Source: Patescibacteria group bacterium
GTDB taxonomy: Bacteria > Patescibacteriota > Minisyncoccia > Phycocordibacterales > BOKC01
NCBI GenBank assembly: GCA_038062955.1
Contig: JBBTWE010000001.1
Span: forward strand, 182,304 to 246,303
Length of the DNA: 64,000 bases
Direction: 5' to 3'
Both the position numbers and the translations under genes were made by a program. The notes under the pieces were generated by a model. That model saw nothing but the letters and a program-made list of their open reading frames with translations. It was not told where the DNA came from and ran no database searches. This document shows, piece after piece, positions 18,347 through 28,412 of the stretch. The stretch's first letter is position 1, and each line of letters starts with the position of its first letter.

Positions 18347-19621
18347 TTAGATCGGTAAATTAGAAGGTGGTTTAGCTTTCTTAGCCTCGATTCTAGTTAA
18401 TGTTGGAGTTGTGGCAACTTGGCCAGGGAAATGATAAATCGTTGCAAGCTCTTCGGTGGTCAAAATAAAAGGTTCGGCATTATAGTCATGATAGGGCGGC
18501 CTGAAAAAAGATCTCATCTTATAAGCTTCAAGCATGTGTTTCTCGTAACTCGTTCGTAATTTTGCCATATAATTTTTGACTCCAGGAACCCAGCTAAAAA
18601 TATTTATCCAGTCTTTAGTATTATCACTATGATCGGTATACCATCCCAAACCGAATTTATTTAGGGAAAGTGAATTGTATTGCCTGATGCTTCCGATAAG
18701 AGCTGGAATGTTTGCGGCGTTAAAGGATTCATTTTTAGCTATGTAAAAACCTCGGATCATTGTGTCAAAAGGATATTTACCTAAACTTCTCTCAATTGCT
18801 GAAATTTTTTCCACTTGTCCTTTTGTTGGGTTTGGAAACCCCGGAAAATCGCTACCTTCAATTTCTGGTGTAGCTTCTTTTCGAATTTTTTCAATCTCTT
18901 CTTTGGCTTCGTTTTTCCAATTTTCTTCTTTGAAGAGTCGTCCTTCTCGCAAGCCTTCTTTTTTATGAACTTGAATTAAAATTTGAATCCAAACTTGCTC
19001 ACCAGCTTTTAAAGATCCTAAATATTCCGTTACCGCTGTAAAAGGATCAACTTTAAACTCCTCGTCTTCCCCTGCGCTTTTGTCGAGTCCATAATCAATG
19101 TAAGTTTTTATTGGATAAACATCTTTTTCGTCCAATTTCCAATATGTGCCCCATACTGTAAATTTACTTGGATCATATTGAACATCTTTTACATAATCTT
19201 CTGCTTCGTAAATTTCAACAGTTGGATACTGAGCATATATCTGAGTTTCTATTAAGCCTCTGAATTTCTCTTGTGCCCAGATGAAAAATCTGACATTGCC
19301 ACCAATAGATACAAGCTCTAAAGAAAACCACGGTCTGGTTTTTCCGATCCAGTAGGTGTCGGTATACGTCACTGCTCCGCTTTGCCAAATCGAAGTTAAA
19401 AATACTTCCATAGCAAGAGGGGTCTTTGTAATATCTTTGGAAATTTTTATTTCGAGCAGAATAAATTCTTGCTGATTGATATAGTCGGTTCGGATGTAGT
19501 GCTGCCAAATTTTGAAAAATATAATAGCCAGTATTATAGGAAGAGCGAAGGTCAACAGAAAAAGAAAAAGATTAAAGGCCGGTGCAAGGACAGAGTTAAA
19601 AAGATTTGATATAAAATCCAT
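18347..19621 (-). CDS. hypothetical membrane-anchored protein
   Basis: 424-aa ORF with N-terminal TM helices; no family recognised. Confidence 0.55.
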   Translation of the reverse strand: MDFISNLFNSVLAPAFNLFLFLLTFALPIILAIIFFKIWQHYIRTDYINQQEFILLEIKISKDITKTPLAMEVFLTSIWQSGAVTYTDTYWIGKTRPWFSLELVSIGGNVRFFIWAQEKFRGLIETQIYAQYPTVEIYEAEDYVKDVQYDPSKFTVWGTYWKLDEKDVYPIKTYIDYGLDKSAGEDEEFKVDPFTAVTEYLGSLKAGEQVWIQILIQVHKKEGLREGRLFKEENWKNEAKEEIEKIRKEATPEIEGSDFPGFPNPTKGQVEKISAIERSLGKYPFDTMIRGFYIAKNESFNAANIPALIGSIRQYNSLSLNKFGLGWYTDHSDNTKDWINIFSWVPGVKNYMAKLRTSYEKHMLEAYKMRSFFRPPYHDYNAEPFILTTEELATIYHFPGQVATTPTLTRIEAKKAKPPSNLPI

Positions 19622-19788
19622 GATTTCTATTTTAACGTAAAAATAAAATAGGCGCTAGGTATCCCTCCGGGATCATAAAAACATCAGTGAAATAATCTCT
19701 ATTACTTGACAAGACACTCCAATTCTGTAATTGTATATGAGGATAAACCTGCACTTCGTAGGAATCTGTTCTTTAACAAGGGTTCATT

Positions 19789-20256
19789 ATGCTACTCGCA
19801 ACCGATAGAAAGGCAAAGGTACGTCTGAGAAGGCTCGCAAGGCTCGACTTCACCCAAATCAAGGCCAAACTTTGTTCCGAGATGCCTGGGTGGAATGCGG
19901 AGAAGGCAGAACTCATCGAGAAGTGGTATCGCCGCTTCTTGCAGGTCATTCTCTTCCACCCGCAAGCAAAGATCGTTCCCAACACACTGGTGGATGACTT
20001 CTGGCACGCTCACATCCTCGACACCAAGAAGTACATGCTGGACTGCCAGAACGTCTTCGGGCACTTCGTCCACCACGAACCGTCCTACGGCGAAGAGAAG
20101 TTGGAGGGAGGCTACGATGAGACCAACGCCCTCTTCCGTGAGACGTTTGGTGAAGATCAGACAGTTCTCGAACCTAGTCGGGCTGGTAAAAAGTGCAGGA
20201 AGAAGTGCAGAAGGAAGTGTGGAAGCATAGACGGAAACTGTGCTAGCGGGTACTGA
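19789..20256 (+). CDS. hypothetical protein with DDFWHAHILDT...Y..DC...GHFVHHEP motif and a Cys/Lys-rich C-terminal tail (possibly GRDP/DUF1399-like)
   Basis: GC-rich 155-aa ORF (island E); a plus-strand hairpin plus T8 terminator lies at 20268-20302; the antisense ORF 19792-20274 was rejected. Confidence 0.55.
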   Translation: MLLATDRKAKVRLRRLARLDFTQIKAKLCSEMPGWNAEKAELIEKWYRRFLQVILFHPQAKIVPNTLVDDFWHAHILDTKKYMLDCQNVFGHFVHHEPSYGEEKLEGGYDETNALFRETFGEDQTVLEPSRAGKKCRKKCRRKCGSIDGNCASGY

Positions 20257-20313
20257 AGCGGGACAATTCCCCAAACCATAACAAGTTTGGGGGATTATTT
20301 TTTTTAAATTTTT

Positions 20314-20523
20314 ATGTTACTTCTAATTTGTTTTATCATTTTAATAATTCTGATTCTTTACCAGTATTTTCTATTTTACTTACTTCCGATGGCAGGATCA
20401 AAAGGTGCGCTTGGAGATGCACATGTACTCTTTACACTAGGAGGTTTGTTACTGATAGTTGTGGATATTCTTGTTCCAATTGTTTTCTACACATTTAAAT
20501 TCATAGAATTTTTAATTAATTAA
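20314..20523 (+). CDS. small hypothetical membrane protein (start may be the internal Met at about 20392)
   Basis: hydrophobic 44-69 aa ORF directly downstream of island E; it is followed by a bidirectional terminator. Confidence 0.3.
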   Translation: MLLLICFIILIILILYQYFLFYLLPMAGSKGALGDAHVLFTLGGLLLIVVDILVPIVFYTFKFIEFLIN

Positions 20524-20614
20524 ATAAATAGTCTGTAATGTAGAATAGAAAGGTTAAATGGTATTAAACCCTTTGATCGTCTACACGCTCGCTAACCGGA
20601 ATAAAGCAAAACCC

Positions 20615-20658
20615 CCGAACCGAAAGGAACGGGGGTTTTGCTTTTTATTTTGACTTTA
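20615..20658. terminator. bidirectional intrinsic terminator
   Basis: A-run, aaaacccccgaaccgaaaggaacgggggtttt, T-run. Confidence 0.75.
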
Positions 20659-20678
20659 TAACTTTTAACCTTATAACT

Positions 20679-21719
20679 TTAAACTAGTGTGTACTTTCCT
20701 TCTTTATTTTTCTTGAAGAATTTAGGATTCTGGAGATTCACCAAAACAGTATTTTCTTTAACGTATCTTTCTTTCAAAACCTTCTTAATGACTTCGTCTT
20801 TAGCAAGAGGACCTTCTTTTTTTAGGATGCTTGCAATAACGTCTTTTACCACTCCTTTTTCATATCCCCATTCAGATAAGGCGTATAGACCTCGGCCGAC
20901 AAGCACAAAACGAGCGTCTTTTATAAGTTCGTTATGGGTTGTTGCAAAATGAGCTCTTTTGTTGAAAGTTTTTTCGATTAAGTTGGCTACTTCTCTAAAG
21001 TGAATCGGAGAACCATGTTTTCGGATGATTAAATAAGCGTAATCTCGCACTCCCTTTACTTTCACATTTGTTGAATTAGCTTTACCCCATTCACCAAGCG
21101 GATTCTTTCCGATTTTTTTGGAAATATTCAACCATCTTTTTATAATTTCCTCGTTTTTGTATTCTTCAGAAATATCTTTCAAATGTTTGAGAAAAGCTTT
21201 GACCATTTCTGCTTCAGGGACAATTTCGTCGCTAGAAAGACTGTTGTAGAGATTCTTTAGAGCGTCGTGAATTTTTTCGGCTAGCTTCTCATCTATATGC
21301 CATCTATGATTGAAATCTTCATCCTCTTTTTCTCTATGAAAATCTTCGGAAACCGTCAACATAAAATTTATATGATTTTGTGCTGATTTATCATCTGAAA
21401 AATGTTCTAGAAGTTCACTTTCTTTTACTGTTCCACCAAGTTTCTTCAAGACAGCCTTTAGCTCATCATAAGCGGCTTTTTCTTTTCCATATACATCAGA
21501 CTTTTTGATAGTTTTAATAGAATAGTTCTCTATTTGTCTTATTCTTTCACGGGTAATACCATGCTTATCCCCGATAGATTCGAGGGTTTGTTTCTTGGTA
21601 TCTTCTCCAAGACCGTATCTTAAAGTTAAGATTTCTGCGGCTCTTTTAGGCAATACCTCAAGCAACTTTCGGTTAAGTTGTTTAGGGTTGAAACTCAATA
21701 TATTAGCTTTTTTATTCAT
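20679..21719 (-). CDS. sigma-70 region-4 (HTH) domain-containing protein with an uncharacterised C-terminal domain
   Basis: N-terminus LPKRAAEILTLRYGLG...TLESIGDKHGITRERIRQIE matches sigma region 4.2. Confidence 0.5.
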   Translation of the reverse strand: MNKKANILSFNPKQLNRKLLEVLPKRAAEILTLRYGLGEDTKKQTLESIGDKHGITRERIRQIENYSIKTIKKSDVYGKEKAAYDELKAVLKKLGGTVKESELLEHFSDDKSAQNHINFMLTVSEDFHREKEDEDFNHRWHIDEKLAEKIHDALKNLYNSLSSDEIVPEAEMVKAFLKHLKDISEEYKNEEIIKRWLNISKKIGKNPLGEWGKANSTNVKVKGVRDYAYLIIRKHGSPIHFREVANLIEKTFNKRAHFATTHNELIKDARFVLVGRGLYALSEWGYEKGVVKDVIASILKKEGPLAKDEVIKKVLKERYVKENTVLVNLQNPKFFKKNKEGKYTLV

Positions 21720-21965
21720 AAATATTCTTTAGAACTTCCACATTTGGCCAATTTTGTCGTAAAAACTTCCGCTCCTCACTTCATCGTATTATTAAATACG
21801 TCTCGTTTCGGTGCTCAATTTTTCCAACAAACTTGTCTCAAATCCGGAAGTTATAATTTGTTTGGTAAATTCTCTTTTTCTTGGTTTTTTGATTCTAACA
21901 CTGTTTATATAATAAAGTCAAACCCCATTGATATTAACACAAGTTTACTATCTAATATCCTTGAT

Positions 21966-24527
21966 CTATAACACAATATTCAAAATTTTGCCTTTAACGT
22001 AAATTATTCTTTTTACCTCCTTTCCTTCTATCCATTTTTTAACACTAGGAAGGTCAAGGATCTTCTCTTTTATATCTTTTTCTGACATCTCGCTTTCCAT
22101 CTCAAAAATATCTCTGGTTTTACCATTTATTTGAATAGCTAATTTAGAACTTTGTTTTATTTTTTGAGAATCAAACATTGGCCAAGGAGAAAGATAAATT
22201 GATTTCTTATTTCCTAAATTTGCCCACAATTCTTCTGTGATATGGGGCGCAAATGGCGAGATGAGTTGCAAAACTGTTTCGTATATTTCTTTTGAAATTT
22301 TTTCTTGATTTTCTAGAGCGCCCGCAAGAATCATGAGAGAAGAAATTGCGGTATTAAAATTAAAATTTTCTATATCTTCACCAACTTTTTTTATTGTCTG
22401 GTGAAGAAGGCTCTGTAAATCAGAATTTATGACCTCTAATTTTTTGTTTGTGACTTTTTCTTGGAGTCGCCAAATTTTTTCCAAGAATCTTCTGGAGCCA
22501 ATCATGTTTTGGGTATCCCAAGCAATCGCATTTTCAAATGGACCCATAAACATTTCATAAACGCGGAGCGTATCGGCTCCCCACGTCGCTACAATCTCAT
22601 CCGGATTTATAACATTTCCAAAACGCTTGCTCATTTTTCGGCCGTCAGGGGCCATGATGAGACCGACGTTCTTAAATCTCATAAACGGTTCTTTGGTTGC
22701 AAAAATCTTCATGTCGTACAAAAACTTATGCCAAAATCTAGCGTAAATTAAATGCCGTGTTGCATGTTCAGCTCCACCAATATACATATCAACTGGTAAC
22801 CACGATTCGAAAGCGCTTTTAAATTGCTCCAATCCTTTTTCTGTTTTTGCTTTTAGGCCGTTTACAGGTGTCGACAATAAACCTGTCGACCTAGTAGTTT
22901 TCGATTTCATTGCATACGCCGCGTAATACCAAGAAGACCCCGCCCATTGAGGCATGGTATTGGTTTCTCTTTGCGCTTTTCCACCGCATTTCGGACATTT
23001 TATGTTCACGAAGCTCGCAATATTCGCAAGCGGAGATTCTCCGGTTCCGGATGGTTCGTATGATTTTACTTTCGGCAATTTAACCGGTAAATCTTCGTCA
23101 GGAATCGCAATCCATCCTGGATTCAATAATTCTCCAGTATTAAAATTCTTGTGGTATTCAATCCTCCCCTCCTGCGTCTCGGCTCTTTTTTTACACTGTA
23201 CACAAAAAACAAGTGGGATTGGTTCCCCCCAATATCTTTGCCTTGAAAAAACCCAGTCTCGCAGTTTATAAGTGGTTTTGCGTTTTGCTAATTTATTTTT
23301 TTCTAAATATTTAATAATTTCATTCCGGATGTTACCAGCCACTTTCCCATCAAATTCTTTCGGGTTTTTAAGAACTCCACTCTTCATGTCGGTAAAACAA
23401 ATTTCCAGATTTCTGACTTTTTCTGCGAGCACAGAATCTGCTGGAAACAGAACAGGTTTAAGCGGAATTTTGTATTTCTTGGCAAATTTAAAATCTCTTT
23501 CATCATGAGCAGAGCACTTTACTATTCCGGTTCCATAATCAGCCAGGGCATAGCTTGCAACCCATATTGGTAGTTCCCCATTTTCCACTGGGTCGATTGT
23601 GTATCGTCCGGTAAATATTCCTTCCACTTCTTTTTGCTCTTTAAAACCTGCTTCACTTCTATTTTTTACAAGCCTGGCTGAAAAATCCAAAATTTCTTTT
23701 TTATTTGGAATTCCTTCTAAAAGTTTTGGCAAAAGTGGATGATCGGGCGCGATAACCACAAAAGTATCGGCCGCAAATGCTTCAAAGTGTGCTGAGAAAG
23801 TTTCAATTTTAATATCAGTTCCCTTAATCGGTGACGTAAAAATCATTCCCTCACTTTTTCCTATCCAGTTTCTTTGTGATTCTTTTATTGAATCTGACCA
23901 ATTTAAAAGATTTAAATCTTCGAGAAGTCTTTCAGCATAATCAGTAATTTTAAGCACCCACTGGCGCATGGGTTTTTTCTCGATAACGGATCCACATCGT
24001 TCACATTTTCCATCTTCTAAATCTTCGTTTGCAAGACCAGTTTTGCATGACGGACACCAATTGATTGGCTCAAATGATTCGTAAGCTAATCCCCTTTTAA
24101 ACATCTCAAGGAAGATGAGTTGTGTCCATTTGTAATATTCTGGATCAGTTGTATTTATTTCTCTGTTCCAATCATAATTAAAACCCAAAACCTCGAGCTG
24201 TTTTTTAAAAGTATTTACATTTTTCTTAACTGCAATTTCTGGGTGAATTTTATTTTTTATAGCAAAATTTTCGGCTGGAAGTCCAAAAGCATCCCAACCC
24301 ATGGGGTGAAGTATGGAAAATCCTTTAGCTTTTTTGTACCTGGAGTAAACGTCCGTTGCGATATAACCTTTTGGGTGTCCTACATGAAGCCCGTCGCCGG
24401 ATGGATAAGGGAACATATCAAGGACATAACATTTTTCTTTTGGAGAGGCGTCAGTTTTGAAAATCTTTTTCTTGTCCCAAACTTTCTTCCATTTCGATTC
24501 TATTTTTTTGTGGTTGTACTCTTTCAT
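21966..24527 (-). CDS. leuS: leucine--tRNA ligase
   Basis: MFPYPSGDGLHVGHPKGY (HIGH region) and KMSKRFGN (KMSKS); the start is the ATG at 24525-24527 (MKEYNHKKIESKWKK); the 14 extra codons in the ORF track come from the MITE. Confidence 0.95.
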   Translation of the reverse strand: MKEYNHKKIESKWKKVWDKKKIFKTDASPKEKCYVLDMFPYPSGDGLHVGHPKGYIATDVYSRYKKAKGFSILHPMGWDAFGLPAENFAIKNKIHPEIAVKKNVNTFKKQLEVLGFNYDWNREINTTDPEYYKWTQLIFLEMFKRGLAYESFEPINWCPSCKTGLANEDLEDGKCERCGSVIEKKPMRQWVLKITDYAERLLEDLNLLNWSDSIKESQRNWIGKSEGMIFTSPIKGTDIKIETFSAHFEAFAADTFVVIAPDHPLLPKLLEGIPNKKEILDFSARLVKNRSEAGFKEQKEVEGIFTGRYTIDPVENGELPIWVASYALADYGTGIVKCSAHDERDFKFAKKYKIPLKPVLFPADSVLAEKVRNLEICFTDMKSGVLKNPKEFDGKVAGNIRNEIIKYLEKNKLAKRKTTYKLRDWVFSRQRYWGEPIPLVFCVQCKKRAETQEGRIEYHKNFNTGELLNPGWIAIPDEDLPVKLPKVKSYEPSGTGESPLANIASFVNIKCPKCGGKAQRETNTMPQWAGSSWYYAAYAMKSKTTRSTGLLSTPVNGLKAKTEKGLEQFKSAFESWLPVDMYIGGAEHATRHLIYARFWHKFLYDMKIFATKEPFMRFKNVGLIMAPDGRKMSKRFGNVINPDEIVATWGADTLRVYEMFMGPFENAIAWDTQNMIGSRRFLEKIWRLQEKVTNKKLEVINSDLQSLLHQTIKKVGEDIENFNFNTAISSLMILAGALENQEKISKEIYETVLQLISPFAPHITEELWANLGNKKSIYLSPWPMFDSQKIKQSSKLAIQINGKTRDIFEMESEMSEKDIKEKILDLPSVKKWIEGKEVKRIIYVKGKILNIVL

Positions 24528-24653
24528 CCCGTAGTAGAAAATGGCATAGTTGCTTCGCAACTTGTTCATTTTTTTAAAATATATTTTATATAATTAATGA
24601 CCGTTTGTTATAATTTAAGTTCGTAATTTTACAATGCCATTTTTCACTACGGG
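24528..24653. mobile_element. MITE-like element copy 3 (126 bp; target-site duplication tTTCAT/aTTCAT at 24522-24527 and 24654-24659)
   Basis: terminal inverted repeat cccgtagtagaaaatggcat / atgccatttttcactacggg; the left target-site duplication is the ATG of leuS; internal TTGTAA-N16-TATAAC outward promoter-like motif facing leuS. Confidence 0.75.
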
Positions 24654-24786
24654 ATTCATACCCTCTCTCCATTCTCCCGTATTTTCTCCAATATTTCAAG
24701 AGATAATACAAAAATTGGCAAAAAGAAAGGGCGGCCATTGCTGGTCGCCCCTGGTGGAAGTTTGTTCTTGAGCCTTCCACTTTCGT

Positions 24787-25050
24787 TTACTCTTTTCGCT
24801 CGGCACCTTGTTCGACGAGCCAAGCCTCGATTCTCTTCGCATTTTCTGCTGAGAAGAATCCGCGGTAGTATCCAGGACCGCTACTCCCCGAAGTACCAGA
24901 GACTCTGAAGACGCCCTCCTTCAGTTGAAAACTGGTAAATCTGTTGACAAGTCCCCCATCTTCGTAGACGGGATAAGGAGGAGCTTCCTTTTGCTCTCCC
25001 CTTATGCTCACATAGACTCCGGGAATTGTTTCGAAAGTGACTTTTGGCAT
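24787..25050 (-). CDS. hypothetical protein (GC-rich island F ORFan, 87 aa from MPKVTF...)
   Basis: ribosome-binding site AAGGAGaacATG at the internal ATG; TTGACA-N17-TATACT promoter at about 25120-25150; gGGCGGCCATTGCTGGTCGCCC terminator. Confidence 0.5.
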   Translation of the reverse strand: MPKVTFETIPGVYVSIRGEQKEAPPYPVYEDGGLVNRFTSFQLKEGVFRVSGTSGSSGPGYYRGFFSAENAKRIEAWLVEQGAERKE

Positions 25051-25243
25051 GTTCTCCTTCTTTTCGGGTATGATTCGTGACAGCGATGTACTGGCCACGA
25101 TTCTCAAGAAAATAGTTTTTTCTATCGTCCTAAAAACCGCGGCCAGCTACAAAATCAGTGAGTTTTGAATGAACAATTTTCTGCGTCCAGTATACACCCA
25201 TTCGTGTATTTTGTCAAGGACAAATGCACGGCTAGAAATAAGC

Positions 25244-25768
25244 TTAGTTTGGCTTATTTGCGTGTTTTGTGTCGTCTACTTCTTTTACGTATTTTGCTAG
25301 GAGTTCGATTGTATAGTCCGGGTCAACTGTATTTTTTGGGACGAAACCGGAAGCGCCGGATTTTAAAAATTCTTCTTTTGTATGCAAGCTAGAAAAACCG
25401 AATATAAGTCCCTTAAAGCTTTTATTTTTTAATTCTTTACAGACAGCATCTCCCTTTAACACGGGCGATAAATTATAGTCGAGCAAGACTATTTCTGGAT
25501 TTTCTTTTAAGATTTTATCGACTAATTCTTCCAGAGTTTCCTTTTCAAAATAAACAAAAGAAACTTCCCCGCCCGTTGCCGCTATAAAATAAGGCGCAAA
25601 AAAGACCAGTAAACTTTTTACATCGTCCACCACCATTATTCTTTTTTCTTGTAGAACTCTAGTCTCTATTGCGAGTGCCGGAATTTCCTCTATTTTTTCT
25701 ATTTTTCGCGGACTTCCAAGCTTCATGAAACTTGCATTCATTATTTCAACCAGAGATTTTTTTGCCAT
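25244..25768 (-). CDS. response-regulator receiver (REC) domain protein, receiver-only
   Basis: KRIMVVDD...LLDYNL...K motifs of a CheY-like domain; the N-terminal extension is uncertain. Confidence 0.7.
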   Translation of the reverse strand: MAKKSLVEIMNASFMKLGSPRKIEKIEEIPALAIETRVLQEKRIMVVDDVKSLLVFFAPYFIAATGGEVSFVYFEKETLEELVDKILKENPEIVLLDYNLSPVLKGDAVCKELKNKSFKGLIFGFSSLHTKEEFLKSGASGFVPKNTVDPDYTIELLAKYVKEVDDTKHANKPN

Positions 25769-25838
25769 ACTTTTATTCTACCATTAAAATAGGCCACCAC
25801 TTTGGTAGCCTATTTTTATCTTAAACCTCCTAATAATT

Positions 25839-26789
25839 CTATCGTATTGGAACAGGAACAGCGTTTTTGAAAACAGGATAAAGATCAGAGTCTATTTTTC
25901 TCTCAAAACATTGATAACCGGACTCATGATTCCAAACATCACTTCCTGCTGGTTTGGATGGGTATGATGAGCTATAAACTGACACTTCTCCGCTAGTTAA
26001 ATTGTTGGTTTTGGTTAAATTAAATTCAGCGCAGAGTTTGAATGATTGTTCGCCAGATTTTTCATAGCCGTATGGTTTGTTGGTCTGAATGTCGAGAGGT
26101 ACGGTAAATCCGGAAATTGGATCTTGTAACTCGGTTAAAGTTTGTGGCACTACTCCTTTTTGTTGCCAATAATTTATTACTTGCCACTGAATGTTTTGCA
26201 AATCAGTAATTTTCTGATCGTCATATCGTGCTTTACGTTGACTTGCGGGAGAACCGACAACGCTAAATCCTAAAATAATTGAGCCCAAAACCAAAACGAC
26301 AGCAATAATTTTCCAGATATTTCTGCGACCACCTGCCAATCTTTCTTTGAGATCGTCCAACTGGTACATAAAGACACATCCAGCAATTACAAAGAATGCG
26401 ACAACTTTTAGGATGAAGCCTGTGGTCATTTCCCTGCCGTCTAAAAAGTAATAAATCAATGTAACCAAGTCCCCGGACAAAACAGCTCCAGCCACAAATA
26501 GAGTTATGTATATAAGCCATTTTCGAAGTGCATATTCTTTCTTTTCCGGTGTTGCGATATATCCTTTTTGAATGATATTGGATAAAACTAAAAATATCGG
26601 AAAGACAACGATAAGAGTGGCTACCTGGAGACTCATGGAAGATTGATCATATCCGTAGTAATACTGATTGATTTGTGGAAATGCGACGTTAATAATCCGA
26701 AATAAAAGATTGAGCAAAGCTACAACTCCGGTGTAAAGGAGAGCAACTTTGGCAATATGGAGAAAGAAATCTTTGGCAGACGTTTTCAT
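25839..26789 (-). CDS. hypothetical integral membrane protein
   Basis: multiple TM helices; the likely start is MKTSAKDF (the ORF track extends to 26930 through a GC-rich stretch). Confidence 0.5.
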   Translation of the reverse strand: MKTSAKDFFLHIAKVALLYTGVVALLNLLFRIINVAFPQINQYYYGYDQSSMSLQVATLIVVFPIFLVLSNIIQKGYIATPEKKEYALRKWLIYITLFVAGAVLSGDLVTLIYYFLDGREMTTGFILKVVAFFVIAGCVFMYQLDDLKERLAGGRRNIWKIIAVVLVLGSIILGFSVVGSPASQRKARYDDQKITDLQNIQWQVINYWQQKGVVPQTLTELQDPISGFTVPLDIQTNKPYGYEKSGEQSFKLCAEFNLTKTNNLTSGEVSVYSSSYPSKPAGSDVWNHESGYQCFERKIDSDLYPVFKNAVPVPIR

Positions 26790-26899
26790 ATTTTTAGAGC
26801 TTAAAATAATATTAATAGTGTAATTGTAACCCTTATATTTGTTTTGTCTATGAGAGTCTTGATTAAAAGATAACTTTTGATATATACTGTCGGCAGTGG

Positions 26900-27115
26900 T
26901 GTGGTGGAGTGCAAAGCGCAAACAGGCCATGAGTTAGCGCGTCCCCCAGAATTCCCTGCAGGGTTTCTGGCTTGGCGTGAATGTAGCGAGAAAACACATC
27001 AAGCAAAGTTCCCACGCTACGGGGAAACCCATGGATAAAATCCTTGGCGCGCGGTATCTTCATCACACCACCCTTCACACGTCCTCTTACGAGAGGCGTG
27101 TTTTTTTATACAATT
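26900..27115 (+). ncRNA. candidate small RNA or small-protein transcript (about 215 nt), GC-rich
   Basis: TTGATT-N16/17-TATATA promoter at about 26862-26895; structured GC-rich body (ccagaattccctgcagggtttctgg hairpin); hairpin plus T8 terminator at 27082-27115; only a 30-aa ORF that runs through the terminator. Confidence 0.35.
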
Positions 27116-27119
27116 TTTT

Positions 27120-28226
27120 TTAAATTTTAAACTCAATCACGTTGCCGTCTTTCACAATGTAGTCTTTCCCTTCCGTTCGGACCAATCCTTTTTCGCGGGC
27201 GTTTGCGTAACTGCCTGATTCTAGGAGTTTATCCCATTCAATAACTTCGGCTTTGATAAATTTTTCTTTGAAATCTGTGTGAATGGCCTGTCCTGCGACC
27301 GGGGCTGTTGAGTCGCGCAAAATTGTCCAAGCCCGAGTCTCATCTTCTCCGGTTGTAAAATATGTAATTAAATCTAAAAGTTTATATCCGCTTTTTATCA
27401 AATTATTCACTCCATCTTCTCCGGTCGCGCTCCCCGTTAGTTCTGTTCTAAATGTCTGTTTGTCAGCCGAATCAAGATCTTTTAATTCCTGCTCGATCCC
27501 CGCGTCTACAATTACGTAATTGGAGTTTGTGTCTTTCATGAAATTCATGAGTTTCTCCCATTTTTCGTCTTTAATTTCGTCCAAATTTTTTCCACCCGAT
27601 TTTTTATTCAAAACATACAGAAAAGGCTTCATGGTGAGAAGATGCAAGCTTTTTACTATATCTCTTTCTTCTTTTAAAATACTTGCGCTCGAAGCCAATT
27701 TTCCTTCTTTTAAGAACTTTTCAATTTTGAGGAGTAGAGCTTCCTCTAAAATTGCGTTTTTGTCCCCCCTTTTCACATCCCGAATAATATTATTCTTTCT
27801 TTTGGCAACTGTTTCAGAATCAGCAAGAATAAGTTCGAAATTGATAATCTCGATGTCTTTTATTGGATCAACTTTTCCATCAACATGAATGACTTTATCA
27901 TCCTCAAAAATACGAACGACTTCAGCGATCGCATCCACCTCCCTAATATTACTTAAAAATTTATTTCCCAATCCTTCCCCAGTCGAAGCACCCTTTACGA
28001 TTCCAGCAATATCCACAAATTCTACTGCCGCAGGAACAGTTTTTTTTGATTTGCTAAATTCTGACAATTTCCAAAGTCTCTCGTCTGGTACGGCCACAAC
28101 TCCCACCGATGGATCGATTGTGCAGAATGGGTAATTCTCGGCCGGAACCGATTTTTGGGTTAATGCATTAAAAAGCGTCGATTTACCAACATTCGGTAGT
28201 CCAACTATCCCAATACTTAAAGACAT
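27120..28226 (-). CDS. ychF: ribosome-binding ATPase YchF (Obg-like GTPase family)
   Basis: MSLSIGIVGLPNVGKSTLFNALT...; TGS domain at the C-terminus. Confidence 0.9.
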   Translation of the reverse strand: MSLSIGIVGLPNVGKSTLFNALTQKSVPAENYPFCTIDPSVGVVAVPDERLWKLSEFSKSKKTVPAAVEFVDIAGIVKGASTGEGLGNKFLSNIREVDAIAEVVRIFEDDKVIHVDGKVDPIKDIEIINFELILADSETVAKRKNNIIRDVKRGDKNAILEEALLLKIEKFLKEGKLASSASILKEERDIVKSLHLLTMKPFLYVLNKKSGGKNLDEIKDEKWEKLMNFMKDTNSNYVIVDAGIEQELKDLDSADKQTFRTELTGSATGEDGVNNLIKSGYKLLDLITYFTTGEDETRAWTILRDSTAPVAGQAIHTDFKEKFIKAEVIEWDKLLESGSYANAREKGLVRTEGKDYIVKDGNVIEFKI

Positions 28227-28412
28227 AGTAAATGCGATGATACTTAATAATAAATAACTACTCCTCGCTCCGTAGCAAGCTCTGCTTTGCTTCTGGGGCC
28301 GACGTTTGGCAATCCTACAATCCCAATAGATAAGCTCATATTTTAAATATAACGTGAAAGTTATGAAAAATAAATTACCGACGAAGACGAATCCTCGTCG
28401 GTAATCGAGAAA

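Noticed and set aside
19792-20274. 160-aa minus-strand ORF antisense to island E
   Set aside because: Promoter, ribosome-binding site and terminator are all on the plus strand; the minus ORF is a GC-rich antisense artefact.
24586-24780. 64-aa minus ORF
   Set aside because: Half of it is MITE sequence, there is no ribosome-binding site, and it overlaps the island F terminator.
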